A stretch of 64,000 bases of DNA from Escherichia coli (GTDB lineage Bacteria > Pseudomonadota > Gammaproteobacteria > Enterobacterales > Enterobacteriaceae): NCBI RefSeq assembly GCF_044324785.1, contig NZ_CP172127.1; one strand, given 5' to 3'. The position numbers and the translations under genes are program-made. Position 1 is the first letter of the stretch. Every line of letters starts with the position of its first letter. The notes under the pieces were generated by a model, which worked only from the letters and a program-made list of their open reading frames with translations, was not told the origin of the DNA and searched no databases. Shown here in pieces: positions 44,345-55,000 of this stretch.

Positions 44345-44680
44345 TCAGCGTTGAGTGGGATAAATAGCGATATAGACGTAACCACAGGAACCCAGCGTAT
44401 CGGCTTCGCAGGTTAGTCCTTTGGCGTATAGCGTGACGGTACGTTGTTGGCAGGGGGAGAGTTCACCGTCAGCCAGTTTCAGCTCCAGTTGTTTCATCAG
44501 CACCGGAAAAGCCTGGTCGATATGCAGCAGATCCGGGGAGCTGAATTTCCCGGTGATTGCGGCCCGATCAGCTAGGTAATGCAGGTTATGTCTTTCCTGT
44601 ACCAGTCGAGCAGTGAAGCGTGGTGTTACGGTACAGGGAAGCCCCCATTCTTGTTGCATGACCTTGTCCTTTTGCAGCAT
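44345..44680 (-). CDS. CbeA/YeeU/YfjZ-family antitoxin
   Basis: Core WGLPCTVTPRFTARLVQERHNLHYLADRA...LYAKGLTCEADTLGSCGYVYIAIYP; an alternative start at 44659 has RBS aagga. Confidence 0.85.
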   Translation of the reverse strand: MLQKDKVMQQEWGLPCTVTPRFTARLVQERHNLHYLADRAAITGKFSSPDLLHIDQAFPVLMKQLELKLADGELSPCQQRTVTLYAKGLTCEADTLGSCGYVYIAIYPTQR

Positions 44681-45153
44681 TACAGCCAGCCCCGTTCGGC
44701 AAAAGAGAGGACATCCCCCGCCCCAATAATGAAATGATCCAGCACCCTCACTTTCACCAAATCCAGTGTCTTAACAATATTCGTTGTAATAAGTCTGTCG
44801 GCCCGACTGGGTTTCGTCACGCCGGAGGGATGGTTATGCGCAAGGATCACTGCTGCGGCATTGTGCCGTAGCGCAGATTTCACAATCTCACGGGGATGTA
44901 CTTCTGTGCTGTTAATCGTGCCGAGAAATAGCGTTTCGTGTTCCAGCAGTCGGTTCTGGTTATCGAGGTAGAGCACAACAAACATTTCCCGCTCCTGTCG
45001 TGCCAGATGCAGTTGCAGCCAGGTTTTTGTGGAGTCAGAGGAAAGAAAAGATTCGCCAGGATTGCGTTGATATTTCTCCAGCAGACGCATCGCACGGCGG
45101 ATAGCGCGTTGTTCACTCACCGAAAATACCGGTGTTAGCATCAGTTCAGACAT
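44680..45153 (-). CDS. RadC-like JAB-domain protein (YeeS/YfjY/YkfG family)
   Basis: 157 aa; JAMM motif (HNHPSGVTKPSRAD); RBS aaggaaa; stop overlaps the antitoxin start. Confidence 0.85.
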   Translation of the reverse strand: MSELMLTPVFSVSEQRAIRRAMRLLEKYQRNPGESFLSSDSTKTWLQLHLARQEREMFVVLYLDNQNRLLEHETLFLGTINSTEVHPREIVKSALRHNAAAVILAHNHPSGVTKPSRADRLITTNIVKTLDLVKVRVLDHFIIGAGDVLSFAERGWL

Positions 45154-45182
45154 CGTATTTCCTTTACTATTAATAGCGTTGT

Positions 45183-46001
45183 TTATGAGGCCAGTTGCAA
45201 CATGTTTTCAGCCATCACCCACAGGGCGCGGTTGAGCCTGACATCACCGTCGATGCCTTTAATGGCGCGGGTGTGCGTGCGACCACCTTTTGCCGTGCGC
45301 CCGTTTAAACCACCTTTGATCAGGTTCTCCTGAATACGCTGGTAGGTCGTCCACAGATCGCCGGATTCATCCTGCCAGCGGCGGGGAGCCAGCAACTGGG
45401 ATTCCGTCACTGGCTGGTGCTCTTCGCCAAAGCGGTACGTCAGCGCCGCCTTTGCCAGCGCCTGTTGCGCAGGGGGTGGCAGCATCAGCGACTGCATGGC
45501 ATCGCGTTTCTCTTCAACCTGGTCAAAAACACTGAGGACTTCATAAGCGCCTTCAATCACTTTCTCCACCACATTGCCTTTATGCGGTACCCGTACTTCA
45601 CCAAACGACTCGCCGCAGACCAGTCCGTTACAACAAACAGATCGGAACAGCCCTGGCAGCATCTGATATGAACTGGAACCGTCATGGCTGTTGAGAAGAA
45701 TAATTTCCGGCACCTGGTTGCGATTGATCTGGTCTTCCCGGCGCAGACGCAGCATGTGTTTTGTATGCTCACGTTTACCCACATCACGAACGCGGGTCTG
45801 GCAGGCAAAGAAAGGATGAAATCCTTCACGCTGGAGGTTATCGAGCAGAGTAATGGTGGGAATATAGGTATAGCGTTCGCTGCGTGATTCGTGCTTATTT
45901 TCCCCAAATACGCTGGGGACATACTGCATCAGTTCGTCATGAGTTAATGGGCGATCGCGACGGATTTGATTTACGTGACCAAAGCGGCTGGCTAATTTCA
46001 T
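45183..46001 (-). CDS. DUF932-family protein (YfjQ/YafZ-like)
   Basis: 272 aa; length and context match K-12 prophage paralogues yfjQ/yafZ; RBS aagga. Confidence 0.75.
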   Translation of the reverse strand: MKLASRFGHVNQIRRDRPLTHDELMQYVPSVFGENKHESRSERYTYIPTITLLDNLQREGFHPFFACQTRVRDVGKREHTKHMLRLRREDQINRNQVPEIILLNSHDGSSSYQMLPGLFRSVCCNGLVCGESFGEVRVPHKGNVVEKVIEGAYEVLSVFDQVEEKRDAMQSLMLPPPAQQALAKAALTYRFGEEHQPVTESQLLAPRRWQDESGDLWTTYQRIQENLIKGGLNGRTAKGGRTHTRAIKGIDGDVRLNRALWVMAENMLQLAS

Positions 46002-46187
46002 GGTGAATTCCTTAATAAAGAATATAAAAAACAGGCCGCATCTTCTGAAAAATTGCGGCTAATTTAATGCGTGATTAAAACGGACGGTAGTATAGGTGGG
46101 ATAAAATAACAGGTACGTGCAGATATTAAATTACATTCCGGCAGTGAATATATGAAAGTGATATAGTGCTGAAATAATACATATCTG

Positions 46188-46218
46188 AATTCTCCCGGTG
46201 ATAGTCACCGGGAGAATT
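46188..46218 (-). terminator. Strong hairpin downstream of the 284-aa gene
   Basis: 14-bp perfect stem aattctcccggtga / tcaccgggagaatt with 3-nt loop, 19 bp after the stop; T-rich run follows on the minus strand. Confidence 0.55.
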
Positions 46219-46236
46219 TAAGTTTGAAATGACACC

Positions 46237-47091
46237 TCAACCACGGGATAATCTTGTTTCTATTCCCTGAACTCTTTCGTCTATTAACCTTTCAATAACA
46301 GATATTTTATCTGACTTGTAAAATTTAACCAGAAAATCCAGACGCTCTTTATGCGTATCACTGATAGACTCCCTTTCCCGTTTTTCAGAAAGTTTACGTC
46401 TGAAGTTTTTTTGGTAAAACGCTTTATTTATTTTCTTTACCGCTTTCTGCTGGAGGTCATCATCCGCTGACCATAAATCCAGCATGGCATAAACGGCGTG
46501 ATAGGTTTCTACACTATTCAGTGGTTCCGGGATTTGAACGGGGTCTAAATGGTTTCCTGTATTACTACCGTGCTCTTTCTGGAATTTATTAATGTAATTA
46601 TAAGCCCATATACAGACTTCGTCATTATCCTCATTAAGCCAGCGTAATTTTATTCTCTGATGTTCATTTGCCCTCCAGAATACAAGCCTCTCATATAGCC
46701 ACTGTCTCATCAACGGTGCCTGATTAGTCTCAATATTAATATAGTCCAGTAATGCAACGATGATTGAGTATCTTTCGCTATGACTTGCAGGAGAATCTGT
46801 TATTCCGGCTTTCTGATACCAGTTAATGTTTAAATTTGTGCCCAGCTTTTCGTTAATTGACTCCATACAGCGGTAATCAAGACACATCACGCCCCATAGC
46901 CAGAACGTCGCTCTTTCATTTTCTTTTAACCAACTAAAATATTTCTCCGGCAGAAGCATCGTATTAATCGACAGCTCCAGTGAGCGAATAAAATTACTTC
47001 GCTGAATGGGATCGGGATACCCGACCTCGAGGGCTGTATTAATAATTCTCTCCGAAAGGAGATGTATCTGGATTGTTCCCGTCAAACGCAA
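46237..47091 (-). CDS. Hypothetical protein, no confident family
   Basis: 284-aa ORF in AT-rich DNA; TTG start at 47091 preceded by GGGAG; first ATG is at codon 45 (46959); Trp-rich N-terminal half, charged helical C-terminus. Confidence 0.55.
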   Translation of the reverse strand: MRLTGTIQIHLLSERIINTALEVGYPDPIQRSNFIRSLELSINTMLLPEKYFSWLKENERATFWLWGVMCLDYRCMESINEKLGTNLNINWYQKAGITDSPASHSERYSIIVALLDYINIETNQAPLMRQWLYERLVFWRANEHQRIKLRWLNEDNDEVCIWAYNYINKFQKEHGSNTGNHLDPVQIPEPLNSVETYHAVYAMLDLWSADDDLQQKAVKKINKAFYQKNFRRKLSEKRERESISDTHKERLDFLVKFYKSDKISVIERLIDERVQGIETRLSRG

Positions 47092-47783
47092 ATTGATTTG
47101 CTCCCTGAATGTTTTTCCTGATGTACCAGAAAAGAAACCTGCTGGTTCGGATGTCCTTCACTGCTATTGATGAGCGCACATTAACGGCCATTGTTCTACC
47201 TCGTCATCCTTGTTAAATCAGCAAAAAGCAATAGCGTAATTATGACGTGTTTTTGAAGTAAAACCGTAGCAATAAATCAATAAAAGTGGGAAATGCGTAG
47301 TAATATCGTGTTATTCCATAGTAATAGAGTACCATTAACGTAGTTTTTTATTTATCACCATACTCACAGCTTCCGCCCGTAGAAAACGGCTGGATAGTCT
47401 TAAATTTTTCCACGTATAGCCCTGGTGGCTTTACGGGTGAAACCTCCCAGGATAACGAGTTGACATCTGGAAGATGTCATTCATGACCGCAACTCATAGA
47501 TTAGATCAATGTATTAATTATAACTTAAGAGTGAAATCCTTTATCTTCAGGAACAGATAATTAACTACGAACACCAGTAAATACCGGGCTTCTACTCTTT
47601 TTATCACCCTTTCTTTATGAATCAACATTGCCGGTATTAATATTATGTTTATCACTCATTCATTAGATTCAGCATATAGAGGGATGACACCAGAGACAGG
47701 GAAAAGTAATCCAGATCGGCATAGCTCAGTGAAAAGTTACTACAGCACTTATGGATATGTAACCAACCACAAGGAACTGAAGC

Positions 47784-48398
47784 ATGAAACTGAATGAACG
47801 ATATGGCAAGCCTAATGCACACTATATGAAACGTCTGGAAGAGATTACTCGCTATGCGATGGATGATTACGCCAGAATACTGGCTTTCAGAGTGGATTTA
47901 TTACTGCCAGTGGATAATAGCCATAAAGGGTATGACTCAGCGGTTATTACCCGTTTTATAGCCTCACTGAAAGCACAGATAGCCGCATATTTACAACGGC
48001 GCAGGAGAGACGGTAAACGTGTTTACCCCTGTAAGCTGCGATATGCATGGGTAAGAGAATTTGGTGAACTGAATGGCAACAAGCATTATCACATGCTGTT
48101 GTTGGTTAATCGGGAAGTATTCAGGAATACCATGCTGAATACGGAGAATTCAGCGCAACCTCGCGGATTGCTGGTGGGAATGGTAGCGCGAGCATGGGCT
48201 GTGGCGCTTAGACGTACCGAAGATATGGCAAATAAAGTCCCCTTTCATTTACCAGGCGTCTCTTATGAACTGGATCGCAGAAATGGCACAAATACGGACT
48301 TTTTCCGCAGCTACATATACCACATCAGTTATCTGGCGAAGGAGTACACCAAAAACCACGATGACGGTGAACGTAACTTTGGTTGTAGTCAGGGATAA
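47784..48398 (+). CDS. YfjJ/YagK-family protein (inovirus Gp2-like)
   Basis: 204 aa, RBS aaggaa; family assignment by resemblance to the K-12 prophage proteins YfjJ/YagK. Confidence 0.75.
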   Translation: MKLNERYGKPNAHYMKRLEEITRYAMDDYARILAFRVDLLLPVDNSHKGYDSAVITRFIASLKAQIAAYLQRRRRDGKRVYPCKLRYAWVREFGELNGNKHYHMLLLVNREVFRNTMLNTENSAQPRGLLVGMVARAWAVALRRTEDMANKVPFHLPGVSYELDRRNGTNTDFFRSYIYHISYLAKEYTKNHDDGERNFGCSQG

Positions 48399-48515
48399 GT
48401 AATTTATTACCGGAGAAGTGATTGTAATGGCGGAGTATGCAACATCATCTTAAATTAATGGGTTAGTGTTGCTGCTCCTGTCTTTTATCAACGTAAAGAC
48501 AGAAGGACAATCGTC

Positions 48516-48734
48516 ATGAAAAATCAACCGAATACCGATACTGACCTGATGAATGACAAACTGGTGACGATGGCATTTATTACCACGTTTACTGGCCTGA
48601 CTGACAAATGGTTTTATAAACTGATTAGTGAAGGCAAGTTTCCAAAGCCTGTCAAGCTGGGGCGTAGTTCCCGCTGGCGGGAAAGTGAAGTTAAACGCTG
48701 GCTGACGGAACGTATTGCAGAATCCCGCAATTAA
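48516..48734 (+). CDS. alpA: AlpA-family phage/island transcriptional regulator (excisionase-like HTH)
   Basis: 72 aa with HTH (LVTMAFITTFTGLTDKWFYKLISEGKFPKPVKLG..SSRWRESEV), RBS gaagga. Confidence 0.85.
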   Translation: MKNQPNTDTDLMNDKLVTMAFITTFTGLTDKWFYKLISEGKFPKPVKLGRSSRWRESEVKRWLTERIAESRN

Positions 48735-48953
48735 TCTCCCTGACACTCTCTCTACACGCCTTCCCCGTAAGCATTAATCAGCACAAATGCTATATCAATA
48801 AGCGTCTGACAGGGCCGTTGCTGTGCATCTATCGACGCGTAACTTCATTATACCCGGATGAAATACGTTTCGTTTAACGTTGTCGAAAAATAATTAACCG
48901 GAGAATAGCCTGCTTATTTAGCAGGAATTCCCCGGATACAGCCACAGATAAAA

Positions 48954-49739
48954 TTAGGAATTAAATGTCCAGCTACCCGTATCGGTCACAATGTCAGCTT
49001 CAATGATACGGTCACACTTCATATATTTGAACGTAGCCACATCACCGAATTTATATTTAGCTGGCAGGGTTCTGTTACCGGCGCTCTCCATTTTACAGTT
49101 CCCTCTGTTTACCCGAATGGATTTCAGCACCACGTTGTCATCAGTGATAGTGAGCTGAATAACACCATATTTGGTATTCCAGCCTTCATTACTGACGGAG
49201 CTGCCGAACTGAACTTTAAATGGTGATGTCGTAGGTTGCTGTGCCTGCTGTTGTTGAGAGGGAGCAGGTTTATTTGCCTGCTGGCTACCAACGCTATTAA
49301 TGCCATTCTGAAGGAGGCTTCTGGAAACCTTAATGGTACCCGGCTTGCATGATACTGTGCTGGTTTCCTGCCCCATTGCATTCATGACAGTGTAATAAGC
49401 ATCACCTGTACCATCATATTCTGAGTAATTGACTGCAACCGCGCCTTCGATATCTTCATTTTCTCCACGTAATGTGAAAGAAGCGGTTCCTGCTCCCGGA
49501 TTAGCCGCCAGAGTCTGTTTCGCTTCGCCGGAAGGAATATCCAGTTTAATAACAGAGCCGCTCTCTTCGGAGTCACCGCCAGGATTTTCAAAACTGATAT
49601 AAACGGTATTGCTGACGTGGCTGAGTGTCATTTGCTCACCGTTATCAAGCAGACATTGCAGGTCATAGGCCCCGACAGCATAAGCAGGGTGGAATGCAAA
49701 TAAAGATACAAACAATACAGGTATAATGATTGGTTTCAT
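48954..49739 (-). CDS. Secreted/periplasmic protein of unknown function
   Basis: 261 aa; N-terminal signal peptide (MKPIIIPVLFVSLFAFHPAYA), Gln-rich linker, four Cys; 12 bp downstream of the GTPase gene. Confidence 0.65.
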   Translation of the reverse strand: MKPIIIPVLFVSLFAFHPAYAVGAYDLQCLLDNGEQMTLSHVSNTVYISFENPGGDSEESGSVIKLDIPSGEAKQTLAANPGAGTASFTLRGENEDIEGAVAVNYSEYDGTGDAYYTVMNAMGQETSTVSCKPGTIKVSRSLLQNGINSVGSQQANKPAPSQQQQAQQPTTSPFKVQFGSSVSNEGWNTKYGVIQLTITDDNVVLKSIRVNRGNCKMESAGNRTLPAKYKFGDVATFKYMKCDRIIEADIVTDTGSWTFNS

Positions 49740-49751
49740 TAAGCACTTTCC

Positions 49752-50765
49752 CTATCCAAAAAAATGGTCCCAGGCATTACCAGCCCACTCGATAAGTTTG
49801 TCTTTCCCCTTTCGGGTAAGCTCTTTGACAGGCTTTGGTAACGGAAAAGAATCAATAACGTCGTCGAGTATCCCGGAGATTACGCTGCCAAAGCCGTTTT
49901 TTGCTTCCGTCTTTACTTCGTCGGTTTTGAACTCATCCTTAACCTGCGAAGCCGTGCTACTTTTAGCCCGATCAGGCAAAGCCCGAATAATAGTCTCTAC
50001 CAGACGAAGAATGTTGTAGCCCTCATCGGCGGAGACAGGTGTCACCGGATAGTGCGTAAAACCAAATCGTTCAGTAATGTAGGCTTCTTTCTTTTCGATG
50101 TTGATGCGCTGTGCAGGAGATGGCTGATGCAGATGAGTATCCCACTCGCGGAATGGCTCAATTTTATCAACCTGGTTAAGGACGAATAAAACGCGCTCAC
50201 CCCCACCAGCAGGGAGCAGAACATTGTTGTAGAAATGCTCATCCGCAGAAAAGGCCCGATCGTCTCCTTTTATTACCCACAGGATGAGATCCAGGGAGGG
50301 AAGCAAATTACGGTATAAATCTTCATACTCCTTATCCCGCCGGGCATTCTCACCGACACCAGGTATATCAATGATCTTCAGCGAGTGTTTGCCGAAGCGT
50401 ATACGCAATTCCTGAACTTCACGAGTACATGCCTCAACGTCGCTAACTGCACAAACCTCCCCTTTAAACAACGCATTACATACACTACTTTTCCCCGCGC
50501 CTGTTTTTCCCATGACACCAATTACGGGTTCATAGTCGATGGCTTCACTGATTTTGTTCAACAGCTTTTCCCGCAGTGGCTGAGGGAAAATATCAAGAAT
50601 ATCCCTGATGTCAGGTATGTGCGGCTTGCTATCACCTTTTTGCTCGTTGCTACCATTACGTTCTGGAAATATATTGCTCCACATTCCCAAAATCCCGCCT
50701 TCCCTTCTGGTGACGCCACTGGCATCAGTAATCATCCGGCCTTCGCCCTTTACCGGGTCATCCAT
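49752..50765 (-). CDS. YfjP/YkfA/YeeP-family GTPase
   Basis: 337 aa; G1 motif GVMGKTGAGKSS, G3-like DIPGVGE; RBS aaggag 7 nt upstream of ATG 50765. Confidence 0.8.
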   Translation of the reverse strand: MDDPVKGEGRMITDASGVTRREGGILGMWSNIFPERNGSNEQKGDSKPHIPDIRDILDIFPQPLREKLLNKISEAIDYEPVIGVMGKTGAGKSSVCNALFKGEVCAVSDVEACTREVQELRIRFGKHSLKIIDIPGVGENARRDKEYEDLYRNLLPSLDLILWVIKGDDRAFSADEHFYNNVLLPAGGGERVLFVLNQVDKIEPFREWDTHLHQPSPAQRINIEKKEAYITERFGFTHYPVTPVSADEGYNILRLVETIIRALPDRAKSSTASQVKDEFKTDEVKTEAKNGFGSVISGILDDVIDSFPLPKPVKELTRKGKDKLIEWAGNAWDHFFG

Positions 50766-50803
50766 ACGATGTCTCCTTTTTAATTTGAAATGAACGTTGT
50801 CTG

Positions 50804-51487
50804 TTACTCTCTGAAGGTCTGAATTACGTCACTTATGAAACGAAAGTGAGGGAGGGCTGAAATGAACTCTTCACTGGCAGTCAGAGCATCAAGTTCAGGC
50901 TTTCTGCGAAAAGAGGTATCCAGAACGGTTACGGCATTAACGTCTTCCATCCGAAACACCTGTAAATTTCTGGTGCGGGTAGCAACAAGAAACCAGTTTT
51001 TGGATTGAAATATCAAACGGCGGGGAGCTACTGCTTCGTAGCTTTTACCGTTAACTAATAATGTAACGGCGCGGTAGTCGCGGATAGCTTCCGCCAGTTC
51101 CAGAAAACAGGCGGTTTGTGTAACTGGAGATGGCAGCCCTCCATGCCCTATAAGGCACGGCGAGCTTCCGGAGTTACTGGTAATCAGTCGAATTAACCTG
51201 CGATTCTGAGCCGGAATAATCCCTGAAATCCCGGAATTACGGATAAACGCAAAGGTGTTGGGTGAGTGCTCCCAGCCCGTTCGGCGGATAAGTCGGTAGC
51301 TTCCGCTGGAATGCTCGAGATCCAGATGGATCAGGCGTTGCTGAAAATCCCGCTGTAGGGTGCGTTCTGAGACACCAAATTCATCAGCTAATACTTTAAG
51401 CTCCAGAGATTCACCAGCCAGTAAGCGGCTGATAATGACTGATAGCCTGACAGACAGGCGGTCATGATGATCATGCTGTGTTTTCAT
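50804..51487 (-). CDS. HTH plus WYL-domain transcriptional regulator (YfjR-like)
   Basis: 227 aa from ATG 51487 (MKTQHDHHDRLSVRLSVIISRLLAGESLELKVLADEFGVSERTLQRD...); C-terminal WYL-like region. Confidence 0.7.
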   Translation of the reverse strand: MKTQHDHHDRLSVRLSVIISRLLAGESLELKVLADEFGVSERTLQRDFQQRLIHLDLEHSSGSYRLIRRTGWEHSPNTFAFIRNSGISGIIPAQNRRLIRLITSNSGSSPCLIGHGGLPSPVTQTACFLELAEAIRDYRAVTLLVNGKSYEAVAPRRLIFQSKNWFLVATRTRNLQVFRMEDVNAVTVLDTSFRRKPELDALTASEEFISALPHFRFISDVIQTFRE

Positions 51488-52062
51488 GGTGGGGACAGTC
51501 CTGTTCTCCCAAAATATCATGGTATTGATACGGGAGATTATGCCGTACAGGTACGACACGTTATGTCGTACCAAAGGGGAGTGGATAGAAAAAATGGCGA
51601 AGATGCGAAAAGTTTATTAATGCATTGAAAAAGATGAATTAATAATGAACTTGGGTAAAAGCGCCATCAAAATACGACACGACCTGTCGTATTTTGTGTT
51701 AGCCGGGAAAGGATATCTGCTACTTACTAAAATGATTTAGTGCTGAAAATATTTGTAAGCCAATAAATAGACCGGTATTACGGAGTAACGCCCAGGCTAT
51801 GTTAACGAGCCCGCTGTTTTATTGGCTCAAAAAACATATCCCAGAGATGATCAGCCATACCCTCGTTAGTGAGCAAGGTATCCCTTGAGTAGCCATGGCT
51901 GAAGACGCCCATTGATGGGCGAAAACCAAGGTTCTGGCCGTTAGAACAGTTATGTCGTTAAACACATCACCACCATATGCCATCCGGCTCACTTCGTCGG
52001 CCAAATTAGTGTGATATTCTTTTCAGAATTCCTGTTGTATCCACAACATAAGGCGATGATTG

Positions 52063-55000
52063 ATGGAACAGTCTCTCAATTTTGAAATGTTGCGCAGCCA
52101 GTGGCCGGAACTGGCTGAACTCGCGTGTATGGCGGAACGCTATGTTCACTCCGATCCGGAAAGCTGCCTGGTTAAGCTGCGCAACTACACCGAATTGATG
52201 GTGCGCTGGTTGTATCGTCAGGAGCGGTTGCCGGAAGGTATTAAGGCTAATCTTTACGATTTAATGAATGCTGATGTCTTTACCAGCATGATGCCGGAAG
52301 CCATCATCATGAAAATGGATGCGCTGCGTATCCATGGCAACCGTGCCGCGCACGGCGGACGTATCAAAGCTAAAGATACCTACTGGCTGCTCAAAGAAGC
52401 GTATTTGTTGGGAATTTGGCTGTATGTTCGCTACGCCCACGGTAATGTTGATGACTGCCCCAAATTTACACTCCCTCCATTAACACAATCTTCAGGTCGT
52501 GCAGATGAAAAACGTCTGGAAGATGCAATCAAGGCTCAGGATGAAAGCCGTGAGCGCGAACTGGCGCTACAACGCGCACTACAGCAAGAACAGGAAAAGG
52601 CCGAACACCTCACTCAACGCCTGAATGAAGCCAGAGCGCGTAACCAGCATGTTGCCGATATTCTCTCTATTGATGAAGCTGAAACCCGCCGTCGCCTGAT
52701 TGACTCTCGCCTGCTTGCTGCTGACTGGAATGTAGGCGAAGAACTTAAAAATACCGATCAGGTTACACAGGAACATCCAGTTAAAGAACAGCCTACCGCT
52801 ACCGGTGACGGTTATGCGGACTATGTCTTGTGGGATGAGGCACACAAACCGCTGGCGGTGGTGGAAGCAAAAAAAACCAGCGTCAATGCCGAGCAAGGAC
52901 GAATTCAGGCCCGGCTGTATGCAGACTGGCTGGAAAAAGAATACGGTCAGCGTCCGGTCATCTTCTACACCAACGGTTACGATATCTGGCTGTGGGATGA
53001 CCATAAAACTCATGGTTATCCCCCGCGTCGGGTGTTTGGCTTCTACAGCAAGGAAAGCCTGCAATATCTTATTCAGCAGCGTGAAACCCGTCTACCGCTG
53101 AACAGTGTGCCGCACGTAAAAGACAACGAAGGTAAGGCCGTTGCCGGACGTTTGTACCAGCTTGAAACCATTGCCCGCGTTAGCGAACGGTTTACCAATA
53201 AATATCGTCAGTCATTAATCGTTCAGGCCACCGGCACCGGTAAAACCCGTGTAGCGATTGCACTGAGCAAACTGATGATTGATGCCCGCTGGGTAAAACG
53301 AGTCCTGTTTCTTTGCGACCGCAAGGAACTACGTAAACAGGCGGCGAATGCCTTTAATCAATTCACCAATGAGCCGCTGTATGTGGTCGGGAAATCGAAG
53401 AAAGCAGACAGGCAGAATGCCAGGATCTACATCGCCACCTATCCTGGTATGATGAAAATCATGGACCATTTCGATGTCGGTTATTTCGATTTGATCATCG
53501 CCGATGAATCCCACCGCTCTATCTACAACGTCTACGGCGATCTGTTTAAGTATTTTGATGCCCTCCAGATTGGCCTGACGGCCACGCCGATTGACATGGT
53601 GAGTAAAACCACTTTCGGCCTTTTTGGTTGTGAAGGACGTATTCCTACCGCCAACTACAGCCTGGAAGATGCCATCGCCGATAACAATCTGGTTCCCTAT
53701 GAGGTTGTCACACACACCACAGAATTCCTGCGCGAAGGCATCAAACGGGAGAAATTAAGCGACGCACAAATCCGCGAGCTGGAAGAACAAGGTATAGATC
53801 CCAATACGCTGGAGTTTGATGGCAAGGCGCTGGATGAGGCGATCTACAACAAAGACACCAACCGCTATATCCTGCGTAACCTGATGGAAAATGGCCTGAA
53901 AGATCGGGACGGCCAGTTGCCAGGTAAAACCATCATTTTCGCCCGTAACCACAAACACGCGCTGCTGTTGAATGAATTGTTCGACGATATGTATCCGCAG
54001 TTTGCCGGACGCTTCTGCCAGGTCATCGACAACTACGATCCCCGCGCCGAGCAACTGATTGATGATTTTAAAGGGCTGGATGAAAGCACCAACAAAGAGC
54101 TGACCATCGCTATCTCTGTTGACATGCTCGATACCGGTATTGATGTCCCGGAGATTGTGAATCTGGTCTTTGCCAAACCGGTCAAATCAAAAGTGAAGTT
54201 CTGGCAGATGATTGGCCGTGGTACGCGCCTCTGTCCGGGGTTGTACGGTTACGACGATAACGGCAAACCGCTGGATAAACAGAAATTCCGCATTTTCGAT
54301 CACTGGGGCAATTTTGAGTATCACGAGCTGCATGCCGAAGAGGCCGAAGTCACAGCGACAAAATCGCTTGCACAAAAACGCTTCGAAGCGTGGGTTATGC
54401 TGGGGGCCGCTGCGCAACGTAAATTCGACAAACAGGCGGTGGATTTAGTTGCTCACCAGCTTCGCGAGCAAATCAACGCACTGGATGAAAAGTCGATTGC
54501 CGTACAGGAAAAGTGGCAGCAAAAAGCGCAGTACAGTGATGAAAAGGTGCTGCGCCAGCTTTCTCCGAAAACACAGCAGGATCTGCTATCTATTCTAGCC
54601 CCGCTGATGCAGTGGCTGGACGTGCGCGGGCAAAGCGATGCCATACGCTTTGATATGGATATTCTGGCGGCGCAAACTGCCCGTTATACCAACCCGGAAG
54701 AGCTGGATGTGCTCTGGCCGGCCATCGTCGAAAAAGTGGAGCGCCTGCCGCCGCATTTGGCGCAGGTGCAGCAACAGGGACAACGAATCAATCAGCTTCG
54801 TGATCTAGGCTGGTGGAAGCAGGCCAGTCTGGAAGAGCTGGAGGATATCCGCATTCATTTGCGCGGTATCATGCACCTGATGGAAAAAGACACGACGCCG
54901 AAATTTGGTTCGATACAGGTGGATATTACCGAAGATGCGAACCTGATCCAGACGGAGACCCGCAAAACCAACATCCGTTCGATTGATTTCAAACTCTATC

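Noticed and set aside
51575-52059. 61-aa ORF 51819..52004 between the WYL regulator and the second hsdR
   Set aside because: No RBS and no motif; more likely promoter or remnant DNA.
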